A stretch of 64,000 nucleotides of DNA from a virus (taxonomy: Duplodnaviria; Heunggongvirae; Uroviricota; Caudoviricetes). The position numbers and the translations under genes were made by a program. The stretch covers positions 32,001 through 96,000 of IMG/VR virus record IMGVR_UViG_3300044673_000278; one strand, written 5' to 3'. Shown here in pieces: positions 1 through 9,036 of the stretch. Every line of letters starts with the position of its first letter. Positions within the stretch are counted from its first letter, which is position 1. The notes under the pieces were generated by a model. That model worked only from the letters and a program-made list of their open reading frames with translations, made no database searches and was not told the origin of the DNA.

Positions 1-87
1 CGTAATGTAGACAACCAACGAGCATTGCGTCAGTTAACCAACGACAGCCGACATCGTGACATGGTCGAGCAACAATACAGGAGATAA
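1..87 (+). CDS. 3' end of a gene running in from the left edge
   Basis: Open frame RNVDNQRALRQL...QYRR* ending TAA at 85-87; its tail carries the AGGAG SD for the next gene. Confidence 0.6.
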   Translation, partial: RNVDNQRALRQLTNDSRHRDMVEQQYRR

Positions 88-89
88 AA

Positions 90-707
90 ATGTCAGACAA
101 CAAAGATATCAACGCCAAGATTGATGAAGCTGAAGCAGCGATGAAAAAGTATGCCAGCAAAGATACCGTGATATCCATTGGTGGCTACGAATTTACGCCG
201 GCCAAACTCATGGTAGCATTTACACTGGTAAGTTCAACCCTGGGTGGACTGTACGGCGCATTTGAAGTGTACAAAGACTATCAGTCAATGAAGAAAAAGA
301 TTGCCGAATACTCTGCACCTGATTTGAGTGGCTTTGACAAGCGTCTGGCAGTGATTGAAGAAAACAGTCAAAAGACCAGCGACTACACTCGTGACATCAA
401 AGTAGATCTAAAGAACGATCTTCGTCGCAATGAAAGTGTCACAGAGCAAGTAGAGCGCAGTGTCAAACAGGCTCAGCGCGAAACCGAAGCTGAAATGCGT
501 GACATGCGCAAGGCAGTTCGCGAAGACCTAGAGCGAGCCCGCGCTGAAGCCAACCAAATTCGCAAGGACATGGAACAAACACGCAAAGAAATCAACTCAG
601 AGTTTACATCTGCACGTAGAGAAATCAACCGCGAAGTTGAAACACTCAAGCGAGAAGTCGACACCAAGATTCAGCGAGCCATGGACAATCCTTTGGCCAA
701 TAAATAA
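90..707 (+). CDS. membrane-anchored coiled-coil protein
   Basis: AGGAG SD; one hydrophobic segment followed by a long heptad-rich charged helix. Confidence 0.75.
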   Translation: MSDNKDINAKIDEAEAAMKKYASKDTVISIGGYEFTPAKLMVAFTLVSSTLGGLYGAFEVYKDYQSMKKKIAEYSAPDLSGFDKRLAVIEENSQKTSDYTRDIKVDLKNDLRRNESVTEQVERSVKQAQRETEAEMRDMRKAVREDLERARAEANQIRKDMEQTRKEINSEFTSARREINREVETLKREVDTKIQRAMDNPLANK

Positions 708-722
708 ATCAAAGGAGCCACT

Positions 723-1238
723 ATGAGCGAAGAAAAGAAACCCCTGAGCCGCAGCGAGCGCGAGGCCAAGATCAAAGACAAAGCAGGATTTGTTATTGTG
801 GTACTGGCAGCACTGCTGGCTATTAACACCATGATCGGCGGACAAAACTCTAGCAAGATCATGAACAATACCATTGCTGCCAATAATCAGTGGGCTTGGT
901 ATCAAGCCAAGAACGTGCGTCAAGTGCTATACGAAACCGCAGCAGTGGAATCTAAGATTCCTGCCAACAAAGAAAAGTTTGAAGCCGAAGCCAAACGCAT
1001 GGCCGATGACAAAAAAGAAATCATGGAAAAGGCCAAGGCTTTGGAAGCTGAGCGCGATGTAGCTCGTAAAAAGAGCCCATGGTTTACATGGGGCGGTAGT
1101 GTGCTACAGATTGGTATTGTGTTGCTCACCGCCAGTATTCTTGCTGTGAGCATGCCTATGTTCTGGATCAGTGTTGTAGTGGGATCTGTGGGATCTGTGC
1201 TAGTTAGCCAGGCTCTGTGGATGTGGCTACCCGTTTAA
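723..1238 (+). CDS. DUF4337-like membrane protein
   Basis: AAGGAG SD; N-terminal TM, 'NQWAWYQAK' motif, coiled coil, two C-terminal TMs. Confidence 0.7.
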   Translation: MSEEKKPLSRSEREAKIKDKAGFVIVVLAALLAINTMIGGQNSSKIMNNTIAANNQWAWYQAKNVRQVLYETAAVESKIPANKEKFEAEAKRMADDKKEIMEKAKALEAERDVARKKSPWFTWGGSVLQIGIVLLTASILAVSMPMFWISVVVGSVGSVLVSQALWMWLPV

Positions 1239-1525
1239 AAAAATATCATCTTAGCCAAGGCCACACTGTCTATTGTTACCAGCAATAGATAGTTGGCCAA
1301 CATACCTGAACTGCGTCGAGTCCAAGCTGCCCAGCCAAAAATTGCACATTGCAAGATAAACAGAGGGTACAGTATTAGAAAAGGTGGCGTGGGCACTGTA
1401 AGCATCATTGTAAAACTACAACCAATACTCAAAAACCACGCCAGAATTTCCAGCACACAGCGAATAGGATTACTGTGCCAATCCTCCCGGACCCAACGTA
1501 CTACCCCTGATATCAATTCACGCAT
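1235..1525 (-). CDS. small multi-pass membrane protein
   Basis: Three hydrophobic segments; overlaps the end of uvsE. Confidence 0.7.
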   Translation of the reverse strand: MRELISGVVRWVREDWHSNPIRCVLEILAWFLSIGCSFTMMLTVPTPPFLILYPLFILQCAIFGWAAWTRRSSGMLANYLLLVTIDSVALAKMIFF

Positions 1526-2546
1526 TCTCTAACCACTGTTGATGTAACTGATCCGTGGCCAAGTTCTTGCCTTTGGCTTCGACTTCAGTGTCGAAATAAG
1601 GACTAAACGACAGAGCCCAGTCGTTCACAGCACGATTCCAGCAGAAGTCACTGTGAGCACGGAGTTGCTGCTTCTTAAAACCTCTAGCAACAAGAGAATC
1701 AAGGTCTGGTCTAGTGTTTGGATCATGGTCAACCAAAAGATCTTCGCGGCTAACACTAAAGTGCATGCCAGGGCGAACGTCACGCCAAGACTCAATAACC
1801 CGCAAAACACGAGAGTCTTGAGGATTGATATATTCTCCTGTTTTGACCCAGTGGTGATGAATATCCAAAACAAGAGCAACATGCTCAGCCACACCAAGAG
1901 TAATGTCAAGCCCATTAGATACCTCGTCGTTTTCGATTGTAATTAAGTTTCGCGCTTCAGGACTCAATCGCTTGAGTGTGCGTAGGAATTTTTCTGGTCC
2001 GCCCTTGCCGCTCAAATGTACGTTGATCATGAATCCATGATCGTGCCATGTAGAACCATAGCCCATCCAACGAGCCATGTCTGCATGGTACTCAAATTCT
2101 AGGATACTGCGTTCTACAATTTCATCCGATTCGCTAGCCAGCACACAGAACTGTCCGGGATGAAAGCTTAGGCGTACACCCAGTCGGCGTGCTGCTTCGC
2201 CTACAGGAGCAAAGATTTTCTCACAGTGATCTTGAATCTCCTGACGTTGCCACCAGTCAATCCACGAGGGTTCAGTGTAGCCTTGCAGCATTTCACTGCC
2301 CAGTCGAACCATGCGCCGTTCGGGCGCCATGGCACCCACACGCTCTACCATCATCAATGCTGCACGAGCATTGTGGTTCATGATGTCCCATTGACGCTGT
2401 TCGGCTTCGTCCTTGTGTTCGCGAAGCCAGCGCATGGTAGTTGATCTGCCGTTGATATCACGGTCCTTGGCATTGACTTTCATGCCGCCAGTTTCACTGG
2501 GGTCATTGAGCCATTTGCAACAGAAGCCAAAACGAGGTGTAGTCAT
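1518..2546 (-). CDS. uvsE: UV-damage endonuclease UvsE/UvdE
   Basis: GFCC, RLSFHPGQF, IENDE, LDIHHH, RAHSD, VEAKGK motifs; start moved to ATG 2546 behind a sigma70 promoter. Confidence 0.92.
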   Translation of the reverse strand: MTTPRFGFCCKWLNDPSETGGMKVNAKDRDINGRSTTMRWLREHKDEAEQRQWDIMNHNARAALMMVERVGAMAPERRMVRLGSEMLQGYTEPSWIDWWQRQEIQDHCEKIFAPVGEAARRLGVRLSFHPGQFCVLASESDEIVERSILEFEYHADMARWMGYGSTWHDHGFMINVHLSGKGGPEKFLRTLKRLSPEARNLITIENDEVSNGLDITLGVAEHVALVLDIHHHWVKTGEYINPQDSRVLRVIESWRDVRPGMHFSVSREDLLVDHDPNTRPDLDSLVARGFKKQQLRAHSDFCWNRAVNDWALSFSPYFDTEVEAKGKNLATDQLHQQWLENA

Positions 2547-2553
2547 AAGTGTA

Positions 2554-2582
2554 ATTATACACTTATTTGAATTATTGATCAA
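2554..2582 (-). promoter_or_regulatory. sigma70-like promoter for uvsE (predicted leaderless)
   Basis: TTGATC-N17-TATAAT ending 7 nt before ATG 2546; no SD. Confidence 0.65.
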
Positions 2583-3490
2583 CCGCGTACAAGATCCAGT
2601 GTTACACAGTGAAATCCACCACCAAGAGTGCGGCTATGGCGCAGAGTCAGCGGAATGACTTCAAACTTATAACTTTTTAATGTACGAATCAGATCGGTTT
2701 GGGCAGCATCCACAATCACTGTATTGGGATCAACCACTAACATGTTCATAGCAATCCATTTTGATGCGTAGGGATATTCGTGGAAGCCTTGAGCAACCAC
2801 ATCACCTACCCAAATCTTTTGCCAACCGTCAAACACTCGCGGGCAGTTATCCAAATTGACTCTGCTGGCATTCAGCATCACAAGACCTTCACGCAATGGT
2901 ACAATGGTCGAGTCGATGTGTACACCAGCATAAAAGTTGCAAAGTTCAATTGTGACATCTGGGAATTGTTCACACAGCCAATTGTAAGCAGCACGATTGC
3001 CCGATGCTGATTCCAAAAACAGCATTTTGTCGCCTAATCTGGCCACATTGGCTGCATCCAAAATCATGCCTTCGTTTCGGGGCATGTGCAAGTAGTTGGC
3101 AGCAGAATCCACAACGTCATGATAGCATTGAAGTTCCATGTTGCGGCATGGATACATCATGGCAGGATCCACAATGGTATCGCCGTACACAAGGAAACGA
3201 TCTCTGGGACAGTAGTTGTACATGCCATCGTGTGCCTGGAAGTTCAGTGATTCTGGGCGCAGGACTTCTACGCCCAATTTGGTCAGTGTTGTGGCCAATC
3301 TATCCAAATCTTCGTTGGCTTCGTCGATGATCCACTGTGGCACAGCACCGCTGGGCACAGGTGTTTCTTTCCATGAAGTTTTTTCGCTTTCCAGTTTGAA
3401 CACTGGATCATGCACAGGCCAGTTGGCATGTGTGGCATCTCCCACAATGATTTTTCGCAGTGGACTCCACTCGTTGTAACTTGATATCAT
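2579..3490 (-). CDS. amidinotransferase (glycine/inosamine-phosphate amidinotransferase family)
   Basis: SYNEWSPL, CPRD, DAAN, HIDST and GGGFHCVTLD (Asp-His-Cys triad). Confidence 0.9.
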   Translation of the reverse strand: MISSYNEWSPLRKIIVGDATHANWPVHDPVFKLESEKTSWKETPVPSGAVPQWIIDEANEDLDRLATTLTKLGVEVLRPESLNFQAHDGMYNYCPRDRFLVYGDTIVDPAMMYPCRNMELQCYHDVVDSAANYLHMPRNEGMILDAANVARLGDKMLFLESASGNRAAYNWLCEQFPDVTIELCNFYAGVHIDSTIVPLREGLVMLNASRVNLDNCPRVFDGWQKIWVGDVVAQGFHEYPYASKWIAMNMLVVDPNTVIVDAAQTDLIRTLKSYKFEVIPLTLRHSRTLGGGFHCVTLDLVRG

Positions 3491-4005
3491 AAATGTCCTG
3501 TTATTTGCAGTGTGTAACGATCTTCTAGGCCAATGTTGGCCGCCATGTGTGGTGTGCTATAAACCCATTCTACAGTGTCCCCGGCACGCCAATTTACATA
3601 ACCTCGACCTTCGACTTCTAAGTAATGCCCGGGCTTCCAGTCCTCTAACAACAGCAAGGCTCTGCGTATGGTGTGCTCTCGACCTTGTAAGTCAAACAGT
3701 TCAATATAGCGTTTGTATAGATCGCTGTGTACTGGCATCACCGTGCCTGTGCTCATACGATAAAAAGCAAGGCCAATGTCCTTCCAACCTTGCTCGGCAT
3801 AGATTTTAATGAAATTGTCGGCCCACTTGGGCAGTCGATGTCGCATGTCACACAGGTCGCCGCAGAATTTTTCTGGATATCCCTGTTGTAGCCAGCGGTT
3901 TACGGTTTCCGGGTCGTTGAACGGTTCTTGAATGTAGTCCAGAGTTTTGAACTCATCATCCCAGAACCGTTCGATGTGATACTTAATGCTTGCGGGTGTT
4001 GCCAT
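3487..4005 (-). CDS. putative Fe(II)/2-oxoglutarate oxygenase-like (cupin-fold) protein
   Basis: HxD (PVHSD), distal His (PHMAAN) and C-terminal R-x-x-L-Q-I-T. Confidence 0.6.
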   Translation of the reverse strand: MATPASIKYHIERFWDDEFKTLDYIQEPFNDPETVNRWLQQGYPEKFCGDLCDMRHRLPKWADNFIKIYAEQGWKDIGLAFYRMSTGTVMPVHSDLYKRYIELFDLQGREHTIRRALLLLEDWKPGHYLEVEGRGYVNWRAGDTVEWVYSTPHMAANIGLEDRYTLQITGHL

Positions 4006-5224
4006 AGTGAATTACTTCAACACCATTGGCAGATTCAAGTTTACGCCAGGGATCAACAATAATGCTGCCTGCAGGAATAGCACAGTATGCCTGAGTGCGA
4101 CTTTGTTCGCCGGTGTATTCGTATGTGATCTGTCGATCGTGTGCCCACAAAATAACCGATGAATCTTTGATACCGTCTACAACGTCTGTGGGGTCGTCTG
4201 CCAATGGATCGATGTATTTAACCGATACACCCAATTCTTTAAGGTAGTGCCCAACCAGGGTTGAGTAACTGCCAATGCAGTAGGGAACGTCGGGCTTGTA
4301 TGCTTTGCCGTGAATTACCACAGGCATGTGATTGTTTGCAACCGCAGTGTCAAACAAGAACTGTGCAAGGTTCTTGGCTTGAATTTCGCGAGCATGCATT
4401 ACAGTGTCAAACAGGTCATAGCCAATGTTGTATTCTTGAGCAAGCCAACGCAGTGCAATGTTGTCACGTGGATGACAAGCACCTGCATCGCCCATACCTG
4501 CGGTCATGTACTTGGGTCCCATGATACGCATGGTACTTCGGGCCAGTGCATTGGTAACAACGTCAACATTGATATTGCCAATCTTCATGGCAAAGTCCTG
4601 CACCATGTTCACAAGACCCACCTTGGCTGAAATGAATGTGTTGTAGAAGATCTTGATGGCTTCGCATTCGTCCCAGGTGCCCACTTCGTAACGAGGATCG
4701 TTTTCCATCACTGTTTTGTAAAGTTCGATCAGCTCACCAGCAATGCCAGTGAGGCTACCGTCTTCGGTACCAATCATGACCATCTCGGGGTTGACCATAT
4801 CCCACTTCACGGAACCCATGGCAATGAGATAAGGATTGTACACAAACTCGTGCTTGGGATCTAGCAAGGGCACAAACTTGCGACGAGTAGTACCCGGTAG
4901 CACAGTGGAGATCAGCACAATTTTCTTGCTGGTCTTGGCATATCGGTTGATGTTGTTGATAGCATCAATCACGGCTTCGTGGCCAAAGTCACGAGGTTCC
5001 ATGTGACTGCTGGGCACACTACCGTCGTAACCTTCGGTGTGCGGAGTAGGCACTGCAATAAAGATCCAGTCGCTGTCGTTGACCAATTCTTCAATTCCGC
5101 AAACTTTTACAGAGTTGCTGGTTCGTGGGTAAATATCATAACCACGCACTTCGTGCTTTTCTGCCATTACTTCGGCACAATCAAGTCCAAGTTTACCAAT
5201 TCCGATAAAACCAATTTTTTTCAT
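3983..5224 (-). CDS. ugd: UDP-glucose/GDP-mannose 6-dehydrogenase
   Basis: GIGKLG Rossmann motif, FIAVPTP, STVLPG, IKIFYNTF, GAGACHPRD-type catalytic Cys motif (GDAGACHPRD), AYKPD. Confidence 0.9.
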   Translation of the reverse strand: MKKIGFIGIGKLGLDCAEVMAEKHEVRGYDIYPRTSNSVKVCGIEELVNDSDWIFIAVPTPHTEGYDGSVPSSHMEPRDFGHEAVIDAINNINRYAKTSKKIVLISTVLPGTTRRKFVPLLDPKHEFVYNPYLIAMGSVKWDMVNPEMVMIGTEDGSLTGIAGELIELYKTVMENDPRYEVGTWDECEAIKIFYNTFISAKVGLVNMVQDFAMKIGNINVDVVTNALARSTMRIMGPKYMTAGMGDAGACHPRDNIALRWLAQEYNIGYDLFDTVMHAREIQAKNLAQFLFDTAVANNHMPVVIHGKAYKPDVPYCIGSYSTLVGHYLKELGVSVKYIDPLADDPTDVVDGIKDSSVILWAHDRQITYEYTGEQSRTQAYCAIPAGSIIVDPWRKLESANGVEVIHYGNTRKH

Positions 5225-5226
5225 GT

Positions 5227-6510
5227 ATGAATATTCCTTTAGATAGATTATACAATTTCATTGACGGTCTTTGCAACCATGATGTTTTAATTTATGGCTT
5301 TTTCCCGCACGGTTCTAAAAATCTCGACGACCTTGGACTGGTTGTTGATTGCGCGGATTGGTTTGAGTTGATGTCTAAACCAACATTGATTTGTCACGAC
5401 CAGGAGCCTTTGAATTTTGATCTATATCAACTCAGCGATTTTCAACAAGCAATTAAATTGAAAACTCAAAGCCACAGCGTTAATCAACAGATCCAACAAA
5501 TGCATCTACGTAGTTTGATTCGTTTGCCTTATAACTGTTTTGAAAAAACGCTGTTGTTGCACAGCGAAGTCAATAGCACAGAACTAGACAAGTATGAACA
5601 GCACGGGTTCATAGGGGTATACTGGTGGAGCCATGCCATGATAGCAAGAGATTGGTATCGATACGCCGAGTACGATCGTTCGTTACAGTATTCCTCTGGC
5701 AACAAAGATTTTTTAATCTACAATAGAGCATGGTCGGGCACCAGAGAATATAGATTGAAGTTTTCCGAGTTGCTTGTTGATGCAGACATTGTAGACCATT
5801 GCTTGACAAGGTTTAATCCTGTGGATCATGTGCATTATTCTGACCATGCCTACAACAACGTAGATTTTTCTGTGACAAGACTTGACCTAGAGTCGTTTTT
5901 TGAAAGAAATACATACTCATCGGCGTCAAGTGCAGAATACAACTCTTTTGAGTACGCTACCTGCGGAATAGAAGTTGTACTAGAAACACTGTTTGATGAT
6001 TCCCGAAATCATCTTACAGAAAAAATTCTTCGACCCATTGCTTGTGGTTGCCCATTTATTCTGGCCAGCACGCCGGGTAGCTTGCAGTACCTCAGAGATT
6101 ACGGATTTGAAACTTTTGGGCAATTCATAGACGAAAGCTACGATAGTATCCAAGATCCAATACTAAGATTACAAGCAATTGTTCAAGAAATGAAAAGGAT
6201 CTCAATGCTGGATCCTGCCCAAAAACAAAAGTTGTTTAGAGATCTCAGAACAATTGCTGCTAGAAACAAAGAAGTATTTTTTAGTAAAAAATGGGCTGAC
6301 AAGATTGCCAATGAGCTAGTTGAAAATCTCAATCATGCACTAGAAGCAATTTGGTCCAGTAGAACTGGGTCTTTGTGGAAAAAACTCAAAGCTGAAACAA
6401 CTGGTAATTTTTGCAATCAGAAGGGCAATATAATCCACAAAGAAGGTGACACAGATCGTTTAATTGCGTGGCTTGAGCAGCCATTGGATCCATTGAAAAT
6501 TAGTTTTTGA
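5227..6510 (+). CDS. hypothetical protein, possible GT-B glycosyltransferase-like
   Basis: 427-aa ORF; 'LTEKILRPIACGCPFI' resembles the TEK motif of GT10-like enzymes; AT-rich. Confidence 0.55.
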   Translation: MNIPLDRLYNFIDGLCNHDVLIYGFFPHGSKNLDDLGLVVDCADWFELMSKPTLICHDQEPLNFDLYQLSDFQQAIKLKTQSHSVNQQIQQMHLRSLIRLPYNCFEKTLLLHSEVNSTELDKYEQHGFIGVYWWSHAMIARDWYRYAEYDRSLQYSSGNKDFLIYNRAWSGTREYRLKFSELLVDADIVDHCLTRFNPVDHVHYSDHAYNNVDFSVTRLDLESFFERNTYSSASSAEYNSFEYATCGIEVVLETLFDDSRNHLTEKILRPIACGCPFILASTPGSLQYLRDYGFETFGQFIDESYDSIQDPILRLQAIVQEMKRISMLDPAQKQKLFRDLRTIAARNKEVFFSKKWADKIANELVENLNHALEAIWSSRTGSLWKKLKAETTGNFCNQKGNIIHKEGDTDRLIAWLEQPLDPLKISF

Positions 6511-6853
6511 CCACACAACCATCCCACTCATCGGCTGGTGCGGTTTCTTTGTGTTGCTGTACTCGTTGATAGAGATGTTCGTAAAAGGAATCAACTTCTC
6601 CGTTCCATTTACCCATGAGTCCTTTGATTGCTGTTTCAACATATTCCCAATTTTGATCTCGATATGCTTGCATCATGTCATGATGTACCTTTACATATGC
6701 ATCAATCACAGGGAAATCACCCAAGGGAATATTCTCTACAACACAGTAAGATGTAACTTTTTGACCAGTGTTTTGAAACTTAATGGTATCTAGTTCCAAC
6801 ACTGTGAACTTGTCATTTAGGTTTTTTGCTGACTCTCCAAATATAATGTGCAT
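6500..6853 (-). CDS. protein resembling the C-terminal end of class III adenylate/guanylate cyclases
   Basis: LELDTI...VTSY, YRDQNW, Y.RV and P.DEWDG motifs; catalytic core absent. Confidence 0.55.
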   Translation of the reverse strand: MHIIFGESAKNLNDKFTVLELDTIKFQNTGQKVTSYCVVENIPLGDFPVIDAYVKVHHDMMQAYRDQNWEYVETAIKGLMGKWNGEVDSFYEHLYQRVQQHKETAPADEWDGCVVKN

Positions 6854-6877
6854 GTTAAATCCTTTTAAATATGTATC

Positions 6878-7672
6878 ATGAGTATTGCGTTTGATTTAAT
6901 TTCTGATTTGCATGTTGACACCTGGGAACATGAATTTGATTGGACTGGTTGTGCTACCAGCCCTTATTGTATTGTAGCAGGTGATATATCTAAAAATCGA
7001 CAGCAAATGGTCCAGGTACTGCGACACTTAGGTCAATGCTATCAAGCAGTGTTTTTCATTGATGGCAACGACGAGCATGTTGAACACTTGGAACACCTCA
7101 GTCCCAGTTATTCTAGCCTAGCTAGACAAATACAAAAAATTCCCAATGTTGTATACTTACAGGACAATGTAGTTGTAGTGGACGGAGTAGCCGTGGTAGG
7201 AACCAACGGATGGTGGGGCTATGATCTTGATCTAAGCATTGATCCTGTGAGTGTGGCTTCATGGTGGCAGGACAAAGCTCAAGTATCTGACTCTGCTGTC
7301 AAAGCTGTGGCAAAAATGGCCACAACAGATGCAACATACTTGGTCAGCAGTGTGCGTAGATTACAATCGCACCAAGATGTTAAAAAGATTGTGGTAGTAA
7401 CTCACACAGTGCCACTCAGTGAACTAATCGAGCACGACATTGAACTAGAAGGGACCATGCGTTTCAACTGCATGGGCAATGCCTATATGCAACAGGTTTT
7501 AATGGCCGATCACACAGACAAAATACACACCTGGTGCTTTGGACATTACCATGGATCAATTGATCAAATTCGCCACGGCGTGCGCTTTGTCAGCAATTGC
7601 AGGGGTCGGGGTAATACACCCTGGAATCAATATGTGTATCATCCCCGCCGAATTGTTGTGGATCTCAATTAA
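6878..7672 (+). CDS. calcineurin-like metallophosphoesterase
   Basis: SDLH, AGD, GNDE, THT, FGHYH motifs. Confidence 0.88.
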   Translation: MSIAFDLISDLHVDTWEHEFDWTGCATSPYCIVAGDISKNRQQMVQVLRHLGQCYQAVFFIDGNDEHVEHLEHLSPSYSSLARQIQKIPNVVYLQDNVVVVDGVAVVGTNGWWGYDLDLSIDPVSVASWWQDKAQVSDSAVKAVAKMATTDATYLVSSVRRLQSHQDVKKIVVVTHTVPLSELIEHDIELEGTMRFNCMGNAYMQQVLMADHTDKIHTWCFGHYHGSIDQIRHGVRFVSNCRGRGNTPWNQYVYHPRRIVVDLN

Positions 7673-7976
7673 CTGTTTCGGGCTCTAGCTTGATCTGCAA
7701 AGGATAGCTTTGAGCTCGGGCACTGATCAATACTTCAGAACCTTTTTGCTCTGCCACTTCAAACGGTAGCACAGCTACCACAGCAGAACCTTCTTCGTGA
7801 ATGTCCAGAGTAATTTCAGCTGCTGAATCTGCGGTATAATCAAAAAACTCCATGAGGCTTTCGATCACAAACTCCATGCTAGTGGTGTTGTCATTGAGAT
7901 AGATGACTTTGAATCGAGGGGGTTCTTGCACCATTTCTTGGGTGCGAGTGCGACTTTTTGTTTCAGCTTGTGCCAT
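7665..7976 (-). CDS. clpS: Clp protease adaptor ClpS
   Basis: PPRFKVIYLND...MEFV, IHEEG, AEQK, YPL. Confidence 0.92.
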   Translation of the reverse strand: MAQAETKSRTRTQEMVQEPPRFKVIYLNDNTTSMEFVIESLMEFFDYTADSAAEITLDIHEEGSAVVAVLPFEVAEQKGSEVLISARAQSYPLQIKLEPETVN

Positions 7977-7992
7977 GTTGTTTCCTTGATAG

Positions 7993-8018
7993 CAGTGGCA
8001 GCACCATTGCTGCCACTG
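7993..8018 (-). terminator. stable hairpin between hsp20 and clpS (terminator or 5' stabiliser)
   Basis: Perfect 11-bp inverted repeat CAGTGGCAGCA-ccat-TGCTGCCACTG next to a TAAATA box at 8019-8024. Confidence 0.5.
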
Positions 8019-8034
8019 TATTTACACTATTATA

Positions 8035-8481
8035 TCAGTTTTGATATGTGATAGCAATAGCTTTAGGCTTGGCTTCTTCGGGAACCTCGCGCTCAAGATA
8101 TACGCTAAGAATACCATTGACCACAGTAGCACTCTTGACTTCGACGTGCTCTGCCAGTGTAAATGTGTGACGGAAGTCACGGCTGCTGATACCACGATGT
8201 AGATATTGGTGGTCAGCAAGTTCATCGCGTTTGCGTTCACCAGCAATGGTCAACACACGTTTTTCCAAGCTGATGTCAATTTCACCTTCTGCAAAACCAG
8301 CCACAGCCACTTCGATCGTAACTGTGTTTTCACCAGTTTTGATCACATTGTGTGGGGGATAATTAGAGTTGGTTTGTTGAGCTGTGACACGCATGAGTTC
8401 GTCGAACATTGAGTCAAAGCCAATTCCAAACTTGTGCAGTTGGGGAATATCGAAACTACGAAGGGTGAGAGTTTTTGTCAT
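8035..8481 (-). CDS. hsp20: small heat-shock protein Hsp20 (IbpA-like)
   Basis: NYPPHN, AVAGF, YLHRGIS, NGILSV, PEEAKP. Confidence 0.95.
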   Translation of the reverse strand: MTKTLTLRSFDIPQLHKFGIGFDSMFDELMRVTAQQTNSNYPPHNVIKTGENTVTIEVAVAGFAEGEIDISLEKRVLTIAGERKRDELADHQYLHRGISSRDFRHTFTLAEHVEVKSATVVNGILSVYLEREVPEEAKPKAIAITYQN

Positions 8482-8487
8482 GTTGAT

Positions 8488-8548
8488 CTCCTTTATTAAG
8501 CAAGTATGACATAATGTAGCCCGACCATCGGCGCTACATTGTTATTTA
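8488..8548 (-). promoter_or_regulatory. hsp20 5'UTR: TAAATA late promoter, hairpin and ROSE-like SD-sequestering stem
   Basis: AAUGUAGC-g-CCGA-ugg-UCGG-GCUACAUU hairpin followed by CUUGCUU-aaua-AAGGAG. Confidence 0.6.
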
Positions 8549-8812
8549 TTATACATGATTCATTGGTTCTATCAAACGATAATTGAGCAAATAGCTTTCA
8601 AAATTACTGGGTTTGGGATTCCAAGTCAGAGCAAAAAAGCTATAGGTAGTGTTGTCGTCAAACGTAACTCGTTTGGTGTATTTGATGTTTTTGGTGTTGT
8701 AGGCAATGCCGTGTTGCTTTGACCAACGATTGAGTTCTCTAGTGAGAATTTGATTCACATAAATGGCCGCTTGTCCAGCTGCATCTTTTGGCAAGCTGAA
8801 TTCGATGTACAT
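8549..8812 (-). CDS. hypothetical protein
   Basis: 87-aa ORF coupled to the rpsU stop (TGATG). Confidence 0.7.
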   Translation of the reverse strand: MYIEFSLPKDAAGQAAIYVNQILTRELNRWSKQHGIAYNTKNIKYTKRVTFDDNTTYSFFALTWNPKPSNFESYLLNYRLIEPMNHV

Positions 8813-9036
8813 CAGTACAGTTTTTTGGGCAAGGCCTGAGCTTCAAGCTGTTTTTGCCAACGATTTTTGGCAGCACTGCGTTTGCGTTTGCGAGTGGTAG
8901 TAGGCTTCTCGTAGAATTCGCGGTCACGCAAATCATTGAGTACGCCCGATGCTTGAATTTTCTTTTTGAACTTTCGCAATGCTCGTTCAACATTGCCATC
9001 TTGTACTAAGACACTGCGACCGTATAACTTACTCAT
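8812..9036 (-). CDS. rpsU: 30S ribosomal protein bS21
   Basis: V.V.DGNVERALRKFKKK, REFYEKP, RKRK..AA. Confidence 0.93.
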   Translation of the reverse strand: MSKLYGRSVLVQDGNVERALRKFKKKIQASGVLNDLRDREFYEKPTTTRKRKRSAAKNRWQKQLEAQALPKKLY

